Source of the DNA: Felis catus
Taxonomy: Eukaryota
NCBI RefSeq assembly: GCF_018350175.1
Contig: NC_058369.1
Coordinates: 12,092,001-12,156,000, forward strand
DNA length: 64,000 nucleotides
Reading direction: 5' to 3'
Part shown: positions 62,460 to 64,000 of the stretch, in pieces
How the letters are laid out: every line of letters begins with the position of its first letter
How positions within the stretch are numbered: position 1 is the stretch's first letter
The notes under the pieces: generated by a model
The model's database searches: none
What the model saw: only the letters and a program-made list of their open reading frames with translations
What the model was told of the DNA's origin: nothing
Program-made: the position numbers and the translations under genes

Positions 62460-62990
62460 ATGTAATAGACCGGATGTTCGTGTCCCCTCCAGATTCATAT
62501 GTGGAAACCTAACCCCCAGGGTGACGGTGTTAGGAGGGGGGGCCTCTGGGAGGTGATCAGGTAAGGAGGGTGGAACCCCCACAAATGGGATCAGTGCCCT
62601 TATAAAAGACCGCATAGAGGGGGGCCTGGGTGTTTCTGTCGGTTGGGCATCCGACTTCGGCTCGGGTCATGATCTCACGGTTCGTGGGTTCGAGCCCCGC
62701 GTCGGGCTCTGTGCTGACAGGTCGGAGCCTGGAGCCTGCTTCCGATTCCATGTCTCTTCTCTCTCTGCCCCTCCCCGGCTCACGGTCTGTCTGTCTCTCA
62801 AAAATAAATAAAAAACACTAAAAAAAAAAAGAAGAAGAAGAAGAACCCCCAGAGCTCCTGCCAAGTAAGGACATCTGCCAGCATCCAGATCTTGGACTTC
62901 TCGCCTCCAGAACTTGGAGAAACGAATTTCTGTTTAAGCCACCCAGTCTGTGGTAATTTGCCACAGCACCCCAAACGGACTAAGACAGGT
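62460..62990 (+). mobile_element. MaLR LTR (MLT1A-like) interrupted by a Can-SINE (62619-62830)
   Basis: atgttcgtgtcccctccagattcatatgtggaaacctaacccc...gggatcagtgcccttataaaaga [SINE] agaacccccagagct...tttaagccacccagtctgtggta...ggactaagaca. Confidence 0.85.
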
Positions 62991-63041
62991 GGATTTTACG
63001 ATATATGACTGTCACCGCGATTTTTTAAAAAGTTAAAAAGA

Positions 63042-63270
63042 GGGGCGCCTGGGTGGCTCAGTCGGTTAAGCGTCCGACTTCAGCTCAGGTCACGATCTCA
63101 CGGTCCGTGAGTTTGAGCCCCGCGTCGGGCTCTGGGCTGACGGCTCAGAGCCTGGAGCCTGCTTCCCATTCTGTGTCTCCCTCTCTCTCTGTCCCTCCCC
63201 CATTCATGCTCTGTCTGTCTCAAAAATAAATAAACGTTAAAAACAATTTTTTTTAATAAATAAATAAATA
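63042..63270 (+). mobile_element. Can-SINE (SINEC_Fc-like) with TSD agttaaaaaga
   Basis: Near-consensus copy; TSD on both sides. Confidence 0.94.
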
Positions 63271-64000
63271 GTTAAAAAGAAATACACAGAGCCAGAAGGT
63301 GCATATCTGAAACTCCCCTCCCCTCCCCCTTTCTCCGGGGGTCTCTGCCCAGCACCACCCTCCACGGCTGATTCAGCCTCCCTCCTAACAAACGGCCCAG
63401 GCCTCCTGCGTGTTCAAGGCCATCGGGGTCCCGCACGGCTTCCAAGGGTCAGACCTGACTGCCATGGGTTTAGCGACTATTTTCTCAGAGGGGCACTGTC
63501 CCCCGAGGCCACAGGCGCAGGTGTGACATTGCAGGCCATGAGTCAGGCCTTGGCCATGTTCCCGGCACAGCGGCTCATGAGTCAGGCAGGGAGAGCTGAC
63601 CGCCCCTCTGGTTTTTCTTGCCCTGCACACACCGGCATGGGACGAACCCTCTGTGGTTCATAAGTCATTGTTTGAGGTAAACAGCACAGATCGCTGAGTG
63701 CAAGGCTCCCCTGGGCCAGCGGAGCTCGCACTTTTCTTATTAAATTGCAAACGTCCAATATCTTTCATGCCTGCTGGTGACAGAGACGGTGAGAAGAGAT
63801 TTCCTTCCCAGAGCTGGGGAGGGGGCCGACTACCAAGCAGGGCCCCAGAATTTGCTGGAAATGCAAATCTCAGCTCTGAGGAACAGCTCTACCCCCCATG
63901 GTTAGACCGAGGGTCTCTCTTCGGGCCGCCCCCGCGCCCGCCCCTGCCATGGGGGAAAACTTGAAGATGTTTTCGGTGGTCACGAGTGGGGGAGCCAGCT

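Noticed and set aside
6365..62615. Long ORFs in the track (e.g. 6365-7144, 11062-11796, 13620-14387, 19330-20139, 21916-22674, 46522-47331, 61738-62436, 61854-62615)
   Set aside because: Pro/Gly/Arg/Ser-rich translations with no recognisable domain, many starting at non-ATG codons, overlapping on both strands and running through repeats; expected by chance in GC-rich DNA.
23634..62821. Recurrent ORF family AQSVKRLTSAQVMISRFVSSSPASGSVLTA..EPASDSVSPSLS
   Set aside because: This is the translation of Can-SINE copies, not a gene family.
1..64000. CRISPR array, prokaryotic or viral system, intact autonomous transposon or ERV coding sequence
   Set aside because: No regularly spaced repeat-spacer array and no gag/pol/env, transposase or intact L1 ORF; all elements are short relics.

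Overview
Mammalian genomic DNA from a carnivore, almost certainly a felid, judged by about 35 tRNA-derived Can-SINE/SINEC copies including a young Felis-type copy. It is GC-rich. The only protein-coding sequence I can support is the last three coding exons and 3' UTR of AP1M1 (AP-1 adaptor mu1A, + strand, 4504-~6340). The remaining ~57.5 kb has no recognisable exons and is dense in SINEC, old L1M, L2, MIR, MaLR (MLT1) and MER DNA-transposon relics. From recalled human synteny (AP1M1 then KLF2; KLF2 itself is not in the window) this is probably the upstream regulatory interval of KLF2. Its unique, CpG-rich patches carry consensus MEF2, HSE, GAS, FOXO, D-box, ETS/GATA/RUNX, IRF and CTCF motifs. 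The most unusual structure is a small complex rearrangement at ~53.2-53.6 kb: an inverted copy of a 33-bp spacer from 17.6 kb away, plus a perfect 85-bp SINE duplication and a deletion, resembling multi-step template switching between SINEs. I found no new gene family, CRISPR array or RNA gene. Repeat family names are by-eye recognitions with approximate boundaries, and motif-based regulatory calls are hypotheses.
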